A DNA stretch of 63,452 nucleotides, the filler included, from Sluysia triapertura (lineage: Eukaryota), in NCBI GenBank assembly GCA_046118255.1. It is 5 parts of 5 records of this genome, joined end to end, with 100 filler letters (N's around TTAATTAATTAA, not from the genome) between each part and the next. Parts side by side here need not be neighbours in the genome. Positions count along the whole stretch, not along the records: positions 11,386 to 24,642 come from JBJNIA010049450.1; positions 24,743 to 36,623 come from JBJNIA010161263.1; 3 more parts are not named here. One strand, written 5' to 3'. Positions 14,288-27,984 of this stretch are shown in pieces. The translations under genes and the position numbers were made by a program. Every line of letters starts with the position of its first letter. The first letter of the stretch is position 1. The notes beneath the pieces were generated by a model. The model saw only the letters and a list, made by a program, of their open reading frames with translations. It searched no databases and was not told where the DNA came from.

Positions 14288-14458
14288 CATCATCGGCAGT
14301 GACATTTTCATTTGCATCTATAATTCCATGTCAGTGTAGATGATGATTGGCATCTCAATGTATTTATCTCATCAATTATAATTTTTATTCATTTATTGGC
14401 TACCCAACCAGAACGCATTTTTACATTGCTTTTATATGTTTCTGGTTGAATAGCCGAT
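14288..14458 (+). promoter_or_regulatory. Twin inverted repeats upstream of family locus A
   Basis: IR1 14288-14304/14329-14345 (14/17 paired). IR2 14395-14413/14440-14458 (16/19, contains ATTGG). The regulatory role is inferred. Confidence 0.7.
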
Positions 14459-14615
14459 CGGTAGAGTACTATCAAAAAATTTCTGTATTCATTATTACAT
14501 TTTACTTTTATAAAAAGAAAAAAAAATTACTGACCACAATTTATTTCAAATTATGTCAATTTATTTTATCTGAGCACAATTTTAATTACTACTTTTTGGC
14601 TCAAACAATTTTAAA

Positions 14616-15265
14616 ATGCTTCATGATGAAAACATTTATGTAATATTCAGTTACGAAACTAAAACTAATGTGTTCGATTACAATAAAGATTATAAAGATT
14701 ATGGCCATAAATTTAAAGATTATAAAGATGATGAAAATGATTTAAAGACTATAAAAATGATTATAAAATTAAAGATCATCATGATGATAACAATGAGTTT
14801 AAAGATTATAAACATGATGATTATCGATTTAACTATTTTAAAGATTATATAGATGATAACAACGAGGTCAAAGAGTAAAATCGGGACTATGAAGTTAAAG
14901 TTAACAATATTGATTATCATGAAATTAACGATAGTAAATATGGCCCTTATAAAACTAACATGGTTGCCATCTGTCCATTTGCGACTGATGTCTATGACAT
15001 ATTTATAAAGAAAGGAAGTTCTTGGTGCTACTCCCATATAGTTTGCGAATTACAGTGGATCAAGGAAAACAATTCGTATTCCTTCAGAATTACCGAATTA
15101 GTCAAGAGCCTTAGTTTGTGGACAACGATACCTGTTGACAATAAATCTATTACGAAATATCATGATGTAATTAATTCACTTGCTCATTGTAATAATATTA
15201 TAAATAATGTTTTTTCTTCAGATAGTGAAACAGAGACACATACAAAGATGGTGTTTAACATTTAA
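14616..15265 (+). pseudogene. CCCH-family locus A: acidic KDYKD-type repeats plus a degenerate CCCH finger
   Basis: YKTNMVAICPFATDVYDIFIKKGSSWCYSHIVCEL aligns to the family finger with two Cys lost. Frameshifted. Confidence 0.6.
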
Positions 15266-15886
15266 AATTTTTGTAAATAGAACTCTATATAAACATTTTG
15301 TTTTGTCTTTCAAACAAGATTTTAATGATTATATACAATTTTTAATTTTAAAAAATTAACTAATAAAATTTAATGAATGTTGTTTTAATTATTTTAATCG
15401 TAATCAGACGAATACAATGTATAAATTTAAACTTAATAATCATCTTTAATACAACAAAAAACTATTAAAGTTACATTTTAAATGTTCTGCAAAACATCAA
15501 ATTAAAAAGAATTTTTTACATCAATGTATTACCTTGTTATTCTTCGTGATATTTCTTTATAAACCTTATACATCTCTTTTATTTTTACGTTATTTTTAAA
15601 GAATACAAGATGTCGACATTTTAAGCATTTTAGTTATCAAAGAATCAAACTAAATTAATTCATAAAGGAGATTTATGTTAAAAGAATATGCTTAAAAGAG
15701 TATGCTTAAAAGAAATTTATTTTAAGACATGTTAAGTTTTTAAAGAAATTTAGAAATAATTTCAGGAAAGAAATCAAAGATTTATGTTAAGAATTTATGT
15801 GTTATTTATTTATTTATTTTATTTTAATTATTTTATTTATTATTATTATTTACTTTATTACATTTTTATTATCGACATTTTTATTA

Positions 15887-15939
<53 letters not shown>

Positions 15940-15975
15940 TATACTATTAATTTTCATTAGCATTCATTATATAAT

Positions 15976-16043
15976 CTGTCATTAGTCGACAGTTTTAATT
16001 AAGTATAATGCAAATCACCTTATTAACTCTCGACTAATGACAG
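15976..16043 (+). promoter_or_regulatory. Inverted repeat upstream of locus B
   Basis: ctgtcattagtcga (15976-15989) / tcgactaatgacag (16030-16043) is a perfect 14-bp pair, extendable to 18/19. Confidence 0.7.
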
Positions 16044-16275
16044 TTGCTTAGTACAGTAACAATTTAAATTAACACCACTTAATGATGTCTGTTGGTCAGC
16101 CCATGGGATCTCACTTCTTATATAATTACAATTACGGTAATACCAAAATAATTAAAGGAAAATTTTCAATAATTTTAGTAAAAAGAGAGTCAAAATTTTC
16201 ATGTCACTTATAATACAAGTAAATGTTAAAATGTTTAAACAATATTAAATATTAAAATATTAAAATATTGTTAAA

Positions 16276-17217
16276 ATGTTAAACAATGATATAATCAAAA
16301 GAAAATTTTCAACATCAATGGAAAAAGTGAGTAAAAGGAATGATATTCCATGTAAAGTAGATAGACAAGTTCATCTTGATTATATAAATTATCTATGCAA
16401 AGAAATAGAAATGACAATAAAATTATCAGAATGTAATTTTCTTACCAATCAAAAAGATCTACTTAAAACATAACAAATGTTTAAATCAAAATATTGTATG
16501 TCTTCAATTCAATTATTAGATGTTCTTAAAAAAGAATCCATAAGTGTAATTTTATTAGACGACAGTGTATTAAGACAACATAAAGCTGGCCACATCGTTG
16601 TAGTTTATTCTGTGAATTTTACTTTAAGATCTTTGTATATGAAATCAAACAAAATTATTTAATGTTTAATCAAAATGATATGTAAAGATGATTTAGTTAT
16701 TCAATTTATAGTTAAAACGAAATCTCAACATAACATGATCATCCCTAAATATAAAACTGAAATAATCGATTTATTTAATACAATGTTCGAACAAGCCTAA
16801 GATTTATTCGTTAAATATCGTCAAAGAGAATGCATTCAGAATTCAATAAATCAATATAAATTTTATACTACAAACAATCTCAAAAATCCCGTGATTAGAG
16901 CACCTAAGTAATAGAGCAGATGCAGAATAAACAAATTTTACAAATGTCTCAAAGTAAAGGCACTATGGCCGTCTCACTTAAATGAACATGTCTGTATTAA
17001 ATTTTGGTCCGTCATGTATATGCTCAGTGTCCAAGAATTACATTCATATTCAATCTTCACAGACTGTCCAAATGATCATGTTGAAAGGATCAACGAATTA
17101 TTAGATTCAATACAAGCGAATCAAATTCAAGCGGATTCCGCAACTAACAATTACCAGATCCAAGCTATAGATGAAACTTATTCAATTCCTTCTATCTTTT
17201 ACGCAGAACTAAAATAG
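16276..17217 (+). pseudogene. Locus B: stop-interrupted ORF of unknown product
   Basis: ORFs 16276-16473, 16477-16662 and 17014-17217 are all in the same frame, separated by stops, and lie behind the family-type IR. Confidence 0.45.
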
Positions 17218-17869
17218 GACTCCTCATAAGAAGTTCGTGGTATTCCGAAAAATAGACCGGCTAATAACCATATCTATATACATAACATTTTATAGTTTAT
17301 CTAATCGTAATTAATTAGTTTATCTAATGTTGTAATTAATAAAATATTAAGCCTTTATTTAGTAGATCTATTATTTATTGATTTTAACAGTAATTTATTA
17401 AAAATTTGTTTCTCAAAATCTGTAAATGATAATTTTGACATTTTAATATTTATTTTTGTAAAAATCAACAAAACTAATTTTAATTTAACTTTTATAAAAA
17501 TAAAAATAACACTTGATCACCCAAAGTTCTTTGTGTATAATAACTTGAATTTTGTTAATTTTTATATTTAGTTAAGAAAATTAAAATAGTTAATATTTAC
17601 TCATTGTGACATTTAAACGTATTATTTCTAAGTAAGATTCTCAACTTTTTAGTTACAGAAACGCCAACTACTATTTGTAAGACGTTTACTGTAACCAGAC
17701 CCTGCTCAATTTTTTATTTTATCCTAAGTTTAGCATTAAGAAAACCACAGCAAATGGATATTTATATTTTGAAAATAGAATTTCTTAAATTACTTAAACT
17801 TTTATTTAGTATAATTGATTCTTTTAATATTCATATCATAGCTTAATGATAGATTAATTATCTAAACCG

Positions 17870-18360
17870 GCATTCCATATGTAAGTGGTAGTGTATTAAT
17901 ATTTATTCTGACCAATTATGTGTGAAACGTTTTTCAAAATGATATTTATATTTATGCGCCATTACTTTTTCTTATTTTATATTTTAAATTATTATTCTTA
18001 TTATTAATATAATTATTCTTTAAATCATTAGCATTATTATTTATTACCTCAAGATTTTTAGAAGCATTAAATTGAATTCCATTTATAATTGAATGAACTT
18101 TATTATAAAAGCTTATTAATTGTGATAATAATTTAAACCATTCCATTTTCAGTGAAATGTTTTTATTAAATCATTCAGTAATCATTGCTTTTGGTTCATT
18201 TTCTTCTAAATATAATTTAATGTTATTTGCATTAAAAAATTTATATTTAAAAAACCACAATGTTCCTTTATCATGCTTGAATATTCAGGAATTCTTTTAT
18301 ATCCTCAAATGTATTTTGAAACATTTGGTTCTTTTTCTTTTCTATATTTTAAAGGAGTAA
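17870..18360 (-). mobile_element. Degraded retroviral-type integrase core fragment
   Basis: IINGIQFNASK (cf. SDNGxQFxS) followed by KSNGA (cf. PQSNG). Confidence 0.4.
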
Positions 18361-19539
18361 ACTAAGTTCGTCTTGTGAGTAAATCAATGACTGTTAAAAT
18401 ATGTTGTAACAAATACCGGAAGCATAAAATCTATAAAGTCGAACTAAATATCGTGGGAATTTAATTTAAATGATGTTGATTCTTTTGTAAAGTGTGTGAG
18501 TCCCCTACGGTAATGGTCTTATACAGTTAAGGGCCAACTCGTAGGTTAAACGGAAGAAATGGAGGTCAAATGTGTTACCTGATTAATATTCGAATTTTCG
18601 CTTTATAGCGAGTTTAAATATGTAATTTTGCATATGATCCCAGTTTTAAAAGGATCTAAGATTTAAAAGTTTAGTTATTATGCGTTCGACAGAATTATTA
18701 CGTCAAACTGGACTTTACGTTGATTTTACAACTATAGAACTTGATTTTATACGATAAGATAATAGTTTTAAACCTTAAAGCGCAATTAATTCTACAATTT
18801 ACCTATAGTATATTTATAGTAATAATTCAACAAGGTTTAATAGAGTTCAAATAACAGGTTTATACATTTCATATAAAATAATATAATTACTAATAAAACC
18901 ATTTAATTTCGTCAACTCATCAATTTATCTCAAATAAAAGTTGTATAGGAATTTTAAAAAGTTTATCTTGTTTACTTAATAAACTGAAATTACTACACAC
19001 AAGTTACACAAATAATTTTAGTAAATTTATTTTATTTAAAATAGTTATTCTATTATGAACTAAACTAACGATTATGTACATTGTGAATTAAATTTTTTCT
19101 AATATAAATTTCTTCATCCTTGTTCACACTAATTTAACAGAATTGTTATGAATAACTAGAGAAAATGCTGATCAAGATTTTTCTAATATCAAAATCCTTA
19201 TAACTGAAGCTTTTTATTAAAATCCGTTTTTTAACCCAACTTGTAGTTCAGAACAAAGCTTTAAAAAATCTATCTCTTTTAAATTTGTATAAAATACTGT
19301 TTGACAAATATTACAAAACTTGTAAAAATAATCACTTGATGAATAACGTTCAAGTTACTCACTTTTAGTGTTGTGAGTCATACGGTTTTTAACTCTTTTT
19401 AATTATGAGGTCGTTGACCTTATAGAAATAGATTTTGTACTAAAATAATTCAATACTTTGAAAAAGAATAATAATGGTACTAACAACAATCATAACATAA
19501 TAATAATGCTGTGGTTTTCTTAAATCTAAACCTAAGGCA

Positions 19540-20320
19540 AATTAAAAAATGAGCAGAATCCCGTTATAGTGTTCCTATAACTATGTGTGAATAAAACTTA
19601 GTAAAAAAGAATTTTATGCGTAATTCTTATAGCAGATACAGAATATAATTAAAAAACGTAAAACTTTATTAAATTCTTACAAAATAGGATAAGCTATTAA
19701 AGAATTAAAGAATCAAAATTCAAAAAATAAAATTAAAATGAATATTTAATTTTATCGATAAAATTTAAATTAAAATATTTCCCTTACTAGATCAGGGAAC
19801 AAATGAACTTTAGTTACAAAATGTTTTGAGTAAATATTATTATCTTACCTCCTCGAGGAAGATAAAAACGTCCTAATAAAATCAACTTACCGCAATCATG
19901 GAACTTCAAAGAAATAAGAAACTGAATAATATAATTTTTCGCTGCGAATACTGAAATCGTTCGAATATAATTGTTGATTGAAAAAACTTGACTTAAATAT
20001 AAAATGCTGGGTTTTTCTTAACAAAGACTTACCTAACAGCAAAATAAATTAATATTCATAGTCCCCTTACAGTATATGACATACCAATGGCATATCTGCA
20101 AGTAACGTTTAACGGTATAAAATACTTCTTGCTTTAACGTAAACAATAGAAGACAAAATCGTCGGTAATATTGTTAAACAAATATCGTAAAAGTGCAGTA
20201 ATAACAGTGATCAACGCGTGCGTCTGTATTTAAGTTTAAATATAACTTTGTGCGAATATTATGTCAAGGAAAGTGATTAATTCTCCTACAGATTATCAAT
20301 ATATTTTAGTAGAATATTGT
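19540..20320 (+). mobile_element. Degraded gypsy reverse transcriptase/RNase H remnant
   Basis: Traces of PYRVP-, YPLP- and FEY-like motifs in the expected order; heavily decayed. Confidence 0.3.
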
Positions 20321-21526
20321 TATAACTGAATTTTTTGTTGTAACCTTAATTATTTTGAAGTACTCCAATTCTTATATTAAAATTAACAAATATTACAAAA
20401 ATATATTATTCAAAAAACAAAATTGTCAATTCTATACTATGATTAATACCCAAAAATAATAATATAATATCGATACTAAATTATTTGTAATAAGAGACCT
20501 AGCCCAAAGACTCGATCTATTTATAATTATTTTATAATTGATCTTAGGGGCCAAATAAAAGATGGTGATTTATATTTTAGTGTTATTTTATAATTGGCCT
20601 TAAGGACCAACTGAAAATTAAATAGTTTGAGTCAAGATTTTAACTCTTGCGAGTCTATACGTTATGTAAAATAAACTTATTACTTAATGTATAAAATAAT
20701 TAATAATTGTGATTGAATGTTCGAAGTCAAATATGTTTTTCGGTAATAGTTTGGATAGATCGAGGGCAACTGGAATTTGTGATCTCTCTAATCATAGGCG
20801 CGAGACGAAAGTAAATATTTTAATTGATGAAGCTTCTGCAAACCAAAGTAGAAATCGCAAAATGTAATTGTATTAATATAGTCGCTAAAAGCAATATGGC
20901 CGCTAAACTATTAAATAGAAATTGCAAAATGGTGGTTCTACTGCTGTTTGTTTATATAGTCTTTTGATTATAAAGAGTCGTGTTTTTAAATTTGAGTTAA
21001 TAAAACAATTTATTTCTAGAAACTTCTATTTGAATTACTTTTAAAATAACTAAGTATTAATTTTAATTTTAATATAATTAGAATTTGGATATTTTAAAAA
21101 TTAGTAATTGGAATACTTTTTTTATAGTATTTAATATTATAATTTTTTAATAAATATACAAAACATGCATAAAATATAAAATAATAAAATATAAATAATT
21201 TTATATAAAAATATCAATTAAAATGCTTATTTACAACCTTTACAAAGATGATCATTGACACAAAACAAAAAGCAAAATGACGAAATTAGTAAAATTGATT
21301 CTAGTTTATATATTAGTCATCAACCAATAGTAATCGATGAATGTTCTAGAAACTTCTTTTCTATTTTTAGTAAGGAATTTTATTTTTTAAAAATTAAGTT
21401 TTCTTTTTTAGAAAATAAGTTATTTTATTGCAGTATATTGTTTTTAGGTTTTTTTGAATTTTTAAAAGGATTGTGATGACACTAATAATAATAATCATCA
21501 TCATAGTCATAATCATAATCATAATG

Positions 21527-21562
<36 letters not shown>

Positions 21563-21829
21563 GTAATTTATGTTCATCTCAGTTTGTTTTTCCCATGAAT
21601 TAAACTATTTAATATATAAACAATTTTTAATGTTACATTCATAGTATTTATAACAATTTATTATCATTATCAGAACATGAATACAAATACAAATTTTAAA
21701 TTCTAACAGTCATTTTTGTCTACGTTAAAATAATAATAATTATTATAATTATAATAATAATTATAATAATATATTAATGTATATTGCGCTCATATCTACT
21801 ATGTAAGTACTCAAAAGCGCTTAAGGTAA

Positions 21830-22390
21830 ATTTTTCATCATAATATTTCTGAAACAGAAAGAACTTTGCCTTTTTCTTTGAACTTGTGAACATTTAGATC
21901 ATTTAAGACCTTAGTAACATTTAAGTATTCTTGGAACATCGATAAGCATTTGAGATCATTTAGTAATTTTATAAAGTATTTAAAATCGTTGTTATTGGTA
22001 TTAAGAATAAGTAGAAAAATGAATCAGAGAGGTGAAGGTGAAAAAATCTAGAGCCTCCTGAATGCCTTATAAATTACTAAATAGTTTTAGAATATCAATA
22101 AAATCTTTAAACATAGAATAAGATTCAGTCTAAAAAACAGATTAAAATTAATTAAAATCTTAATTAACTTAATTAAGAAAAAGTACGTTTTTATGAATAA
22201 CTTTTGAATGCGGAATGCAATGTTGAATTTGAAACTGTGTATGTATTTGTTTTTGGAAAGACCTTTCGATGAAAGTATGGTTTGACCGAGTTCAGGCAAG
22301 GAAAGCCTTAATATTGAGCAAAGTCAAGTTTTAATTAATTCTTATTATGCAATGTTGAATTTTTTATATTTAGAGTGATGCAAAAATAAT
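21830..22390. repeat. Dispersed ~0.6-0.8 kb repeat family, copy 1
   Basis: The core agaggtgaaggtgaaaa..tctagagcctcctgaatgccttataaattac...ttaattaagaaaaagtacgttttt is shared with ~33 kb, ~38 kb and ~45 kb. Confidence 0.85.
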
Positions 22391-22589
22391 ATGTTGTGAT
22401 GAATTATTGTTTATGGTCTTTGAATTAAAAATTAAGTTTATAATGATATTTATTTTATCCTTGTTAAACAAACTTATTAGATTAATTAAAAATTTATTCT
22501 TTAAACTTATAAGACAAAGATAATTTTGAAATCATAAGTAATAAACAGTAGAAACTACATAAAAATTTATTTGTAATAATTTTATATTT

Positions 22590-24182
22590 TATAGATGTAA
22601 TCCTGTGTATGCCGTTGATTGATTTCCACATTTCACTATCTGAATAAAAATAAAAGGTTATGGTAACATCAATGAAATGATAGAAATTATTTACTTTTTT
22701 GTTTGTCTATGATTAACGTGTTATTTGACGTATCTCGAACTGGTGATCCGAAACTTATGAGAATTCTTTCGATTCTGGAAAGATGGTCATCATAGTATAT
22801 GCTTCCTGCCTTGGTAGATACTAATTGGTTGACTGTGTGGGCATATTGGCATTCAACTGGCATTCAATCACTGTTGAATGGGCAGAATACTTTTTTGATA
22901 AGTTGACTCGAATTTGGTACGATTAAAGCGTTTATACATTTTTCCGACTGTAAGCTGTAAGATGTAAACTGCTAGCATGATTCTTGATAGTTTCTTTACT
23001 TTCTAATGTATCATAATTCCGTGAAATCGTTTGACAATCATTTGCATAGCTTCGTGTTGCATATTCTACAGTATAATCGTGCATATCCATCATAATATTA
23101 ACTAGAACTGGGAATTGCATTCATGTTTTGAGAAAATGTCATCATCATCATTAATTATAATAGATTCCATATTCACTGATTCATCATCAATATTAAGATC
23201 CTTGGACGAATCATTAGAGATATTGTTCCAAACCAAGTCAGTTAATTTTAACGCATCCATTAGGACATTCACTTGTGCTTTACCAAAACATCGATCATCA
23301 TTAAAAACCAAATGTGACTCCTCTAAAATCTCATATCCATATTTGCAAGAGAATAATGACTTATCGTAAAATGTGCCGTTCGTACCACCGGGATGATAAT
23401 TGTCAGTTTCAACCACAAATCTGAAAGATTTATCTTCATCAAATCCCATCCACTTTATTTCACCATAAAAACTTAATCTATGTTCGTTTTTACATAAGAC
23501 TGCATAACCAATTCCAAAATTGTTTTCTATTCTCTATTCATCTGGTTTCAATACTGTTTTGAAACCGTTGATTGGTTCTTCAATTTTACATTTAACTTCA
23601 TCGATTCCGTAAGTTTCGATCGCATTGTTCTGTGTCTCAACAACACATCTGAAATCTTCATTTTCGAACTGGCACCTTATTATTTTACATTCTGTTTCAT
23701 TTTTAGCAATTACATTAGTTTGTCGTTTAATGTAAGTAAAAATATTGTTATGTTCAGGAATGATACAATGATCATCTTTTTTAATTTCTTTCAAAGAAAT
23801 ATATACTTCAAACTCTTTTTTTCAACAGGTTCTTTCTTAGGAATAGGTTGATCTGTTTTTACTAAAGAACTATTAATTTCTTTAATTTAACCAATTTTCA
23901 ATACTTTTTCACAAAACTGACCATGAATCGTATTCAGATATTGAATTTAAATGTTTTACTTCAATTATATTTGTCTCATAATAATCACAAAATTCATTAG
24001 ATAAATCTAATTTTAAAGACGCTTTGATTTTATTTTCTTCATAACTACTTGTTTACCTTCAGATTCTACAATGATTTTATCACGCTCATTAACGCAATCT
24101 AATACTCTTCCTACAACTTCTTCATGATCATAAAAAATATTATATTTTCATTAATAAGTTCGCATTCAAATTTTTCGCTCAT
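22590..24182 (-). pseudogene. Family locus C: CYLD-type CAP-Gly domain plus C-terminal CCCH finger, with a 3' intron
   Basis: FGIGYAVLCKNEHRLSFYGEIKWMGFDEDKSFRFVVETDNYHPGGTNGTFYDKSLFSC (~23330-23520) resembles CYLD CAP-Gly3 FYGVIRWIG...[22 protein letters not shown]. FCPF...ECQYAHTVNQL at ~22820-22890. GT-AG intron ~22642-22694. Several stops and frameshifts. Confidence 0.7.
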
Positions 24183-24336
24183 TTCTAATTACAAATTAAA
24201 AGTTTGTGAGAATTGTCGTTACAGAAATTTTTTAGTTATCAAATAAATTTGAGATAGAAACATTGTATTTTCTGCAATGTGTTTGGATTGGTTGTTATAT
24301 TTTTAGCAGCTGTTTAATTTTACACCTTTTCTGGAT

Positions 24337-24493
24337 TGGCTGTCCAACCAGAGATAGACAAAAATAATGATGAGATTCACTCTGGTTGGACAACCAGTAC
24401 TAATACGAGCTATTTCAGTGTTGCACAGTCAACCACTATCAATGGTAACAGGATTCACAGATGGTAACTAAACAATGTCACCATTGATGGTGG
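24337..24493 (-). promoter_or_regulatory. Twin inverted repeats upstream of locus C
   Basis: IR1 24433-24450/24476-24493 (16/18). IR2 24337-24353/24380-24396 (16/17). Same order relative to the gene as in the + strand loci. Confidence 0.75.
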
Positions 24494-24598
24494 GTGGCAA
24501 TCATTGGTTTAGTAACAAATTTGAATTAATTAAAAATGATAAAATTAAAGCTGATAATAATAATAATAATAATAAAAATGGTAATAATAATAACACAA

Positions 24599-24642
<44 letters not shown>

Positions 24643-24742
24643 NNNNNNNNNNNNNNNNNNNNNNNNNNNNNNNNNNNNNNNNNNNNTTAATTAATTAANN
24701 NNNNNNNNNNNNNNNNNNNNNNNNNNNNNNNNNNNNNNNNNN
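24643..24742. other. Artificial contig spacer
   Basis: N44-TTAATTAATTAA-N44. Confidence 0.97.
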
Positions 24743-24744
24743 TT

Positions 24745-25070
24745 AACTATTGAGTATTGATTGGAGTATAACCAAAAAACTATTATTAATAAAATATTAC
24801 GCACTTCTATCCTAAACAGCGAGGACGAGTATACTGACTCATAAGTTTGTAAATAAGTTTAATATAAAGTGATAGTATTAATTGAGAAGTTCAGAATAAC
24901 TATAAATTTTCTAAAGAGATTTGAATCAATAATATAGAGCAAGAATTTTGAGTATAAAATAGTATCCAGACATATTTAAATTTGATATAGATTTAAACAA
25001 AGAGATAACGCTTAAAATGTTAAAGATTTAGAAGAAGCAAAGACAAATTTTACACTAACATATACTTACA
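24745..25070 (+). repeat. Dispersed repeat, copy 2 of 7715-8040
   Basis: Direct alignment with 7715-8040. Confidence 0.8.
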
Positions 25071-25265
25071 TTTATATAAACTAACTTTAAAAAATTTATT
25101 ACATTACTATTATTATTATTCTTGTTCATTTTTATTATCATTATTATTATTATTATTAAATTAATCGTTAATAATTATTAGTACTAGTAATTATTTATCT
25201 CAGTATTCATTATCATTATCCATTATTCGTATCACATTATTTTTTTTGTTACTAATAGCATTTGT

Positions 25266-25411
25266 ACTGTCAGTAATGACAATCTTTTATTTCGCATAGG
25301 TATTCACTGTCATTACTGACAGTGACTAATAAACAGAGTGGGAGCTATTGGCTGACAGTCACTACTAATCAAATTTTACGTTAAATCATGAATTTTATTG
25401 ACAACCCAATC
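25266..25411 (+). promoter_or_regulatory. Inverted repeat(s) upstream of locus D
   Basis: actgtcagtaatgaca (25266-25281) / tgtcattactgacagt (25308-25323) is a perfect 16-bp pair with a 26-nt spacer. A degenerate second IR follows (attggctga...acaacccaat). Confidence 0.75.
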
Positions 25412-25617
25412 ATTGTTCAGTAGACACATTTTGCTATTAATAGTAAAGATAATAATAGAAATAAATAAACATAGTTTAAAGTACAATTTTTAGAAAATCA
25501 CAATAAAGTCAAGTTTATACGTTGGCAAATAATAGAGTACCTGATATTATAAAGCGATATTAGATAATTTTTATCATAAATAAATTGCTCACGATATTGT
25601 ATATTTAAGTAATAATT

Positions 25618-26290
25618 ATGTACCATAACAATATATTTTCAACATCTACAACATCGTTGATCACTTCGACCGATACTATATCTACTTCAAATCAGAGTAG
25701 TCACATGAAAGAATATTTACAAATATGAGATTACAGAGACGTGGAAAGAAGCACAGTATTCAAAGTGTATTGAATGATAATTCTATCAATGTTATACATA
25801 AATCTTATTCAACAGATGATAACCTTATCAAGCAAAGTAGCAATGATAGAAATGATAATTTTATTATGAGTTCTTTACTAAATAATCGAGTTCATTTTAA
25901 TATCCAAACGACGATCAATTCTTTTACATCCCGTCCAATCGATATGGAAAACAGCTACAAAAGTCAATTTAAAGATAAATTTAAACTTCCAAAATGCACA
26001 TTCTGTCCATTTCTAGTTACATCATCAGGACAATGTATGAAATATGGCAACGTATGTTCGTATGCCCATAGTTTCAATGAATTAGTTTCAATTCCTGATA
26101 ATACAAACCAGTCATCACGCTCCAGTATTAAAAATTTTAATAAAGTAATTTTTTATTTTGTCAAACATTACATTATTTTTGATTCTTATGTATGCAATTA
26201 CAATTCATTAACATTATTTTTAGGACCTGATATAATGTCTTATAGCATCCTCGAGAAATAAAGAAAATAATGTCTATATAGCTTTTTGTG
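25618..26290 (+). CDS. Family locus D: Ser/Asn-rich protein with an intact C-x9-C-x6-C-x3-H finger (may be frameshifted at the 5' end)
   Basis: ORF 25725-26261 contains FCPFLVTSSGQCMKYGNVCSYAHSFNEL. A GT-AG intron at ~26145-26223 follows the finger. Confidence 0.6.
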
Positions 26291-26869
26291 GTATTATTAA
26301 TAAATATTTCGTAAATTAAATTTGTTTTTTTTATTAATTTTATAAAGTTCTAATATGATCTAATGAATTTTTCTTTATTAACAAAAATTTAATTCATAAT
26401 AAACAGCTTAAAACTACAACCACACCAAAATGAATATTGATCTTATAAAGAAATGGAATTAAAGTTTGAAAGTCAAAACTCGCATCATGTATAACTATCT
26501 CAGGTGAATAAGCAACTTTAATCAATGAAATTTTTTTATGAATATTTGTGGAATTTCCAATTTTCTGAAACCTATTTTAATAACTACAATCTACATACAC
26601 CAAACAGATTTGAAATTATTGATTGATGAATTTCAACAAAAGAGAAACAATTAAGAGATATAAATACTGGAAATCAAAACACCTTAAAAGAAAATATGAA
26701 CAATGTACAATAAAACTAAAAAAACCTCTTCGGAGCTAAAAATGTACTCGAATAAACAAACAAAAATATAAACGAACAACTTCAAAAAAATAAGTTAATC
26801 AAAATTGAAAGTACAATAAAACCACTAAAATGAAATAAGTCGAATTAGTTAATAAATCAAATGTTAAGT

Positions 26870-27850
26870 CATGAGTTACATGATGAACCAAGTATAAAGT
26901 GTCACGAGTCAATCGTCAATCTAAACATGAAGTGTAATGAGTTGAATGCTACATCAAGCACAAAATATGATGAGTTAAACGATAAATTAGACGAAGTGTG
27001 ATCAGCTAAATGTTAAATTAAAAAGGTAAGTGTTAGATCACTCTTAACGAATAATGAAGTTAACACTGAACCAAATGTAAAATACGATGAGTTAACTCAT
27101 GAAATAGATATGAAGTACCACGAGTCAGAAGCTACCTTAAATCGAGATGAACCTAATGACAAAGCATGCGGAGATTCAGAACTTTCCAGATGCATGCTCA
27201 ACGACAATTTAAGTGTGGCTAAACAATATCAACATAGAAGAGCCCAGCGATCAAAGACAGCTGACTATTGTGATTTTTTTATTGTATGCAGATTTATATT
27301 CAATTGTTATCAAGGTGACTTGAAAGAATTACGTCATTAATTAATATCATCAAAACTGTTTGTATATATAACCATAATAGTGTTACTATGTATAAAAATA
27401 AAGGTCTTTACTTCTTCAATTTCTCAAAGTCAGTGAGTTAAAATTTATACAAATGAAAAATAGCATATCCAAGAGGAAATATAAGTTCTTAATAAATCAT
27501 AAAGTTAGTGGAATCGATATTTGTGCTGAAACACAAGCCGTTAATATTCTTTAATAATAAAAATATCAAAAGCAATAAGTTATGTCCAAAACTAAATAAT
27601 GAAATCAAAATCATATTATCTATTTATCGTATTTACCGCGTAAAAAGTTGTACCCAGAAAACAAGGAATTATTTCAGATTAAAAACTGAAACAAGCATAT
27701 GTTTAAATTCTCGAATCAAACATTCACAGCTCATTTCTATTACATTAATAATATTCTTTACTATTATATTAAACTGTAGGGTTCGTTGTTCTATGATCAT
27801 CAATGTAAATATTGAGTTCTTCCTTTCCTGTAGACAACCATCAATGCACG
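26870..27850 (+). pseudogene. Decayed family-related locus with 33-bp (11-aa) repeats
   Basis: 33-bp units such as gatgagttaaacgataaattag are shared with 62070-62225. DYCDFFIVC resembles DFCDIYFTC at 49349. Confidence 0.45.
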
Positions 27851-27984
27851 ACTACATTCTTCATTAAATCATTCTACAAAGTCATCAAATCATTAACATA
27901 TTTACCTTATCTAAAAAATATAAAAAACCCATCACACTTAAAACATTCAAAAGACATTAAAACATCGTCACATGTAAAACCAGC

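Noticed and set aside
14700-14750. DYKDDENDLK resembling a FLAG tag
   Set aside because: Part of a natural degenerate repeat with no vector context; coincidence.
14720-15037. Antisense ORFs over family or TE loci (also 2061-2342, 23115-23369, 27812-28147, 35682-35873, 41344-41655, 57598-57798)
   Set aside because: Shadows of coding or formerly coding sequence on the opposite strand.
16276-17217. Alternative genetic code (stop reassignment) explaining the interrupted ORFs
   Set aside because: TAA, TAG and TGA all occur together with frameshifts across the broken loci, while host genes read cleanly in the standard code.
24337-24493. Twin hairpins as an H/ACA snoRNA or a CRISPR array
   Set aside because: No consistent ANANNA hinge, ACA tail or pseudouridylation pockets; no direct repeat-spacer array or cas genes, and the context is eukaryotic.
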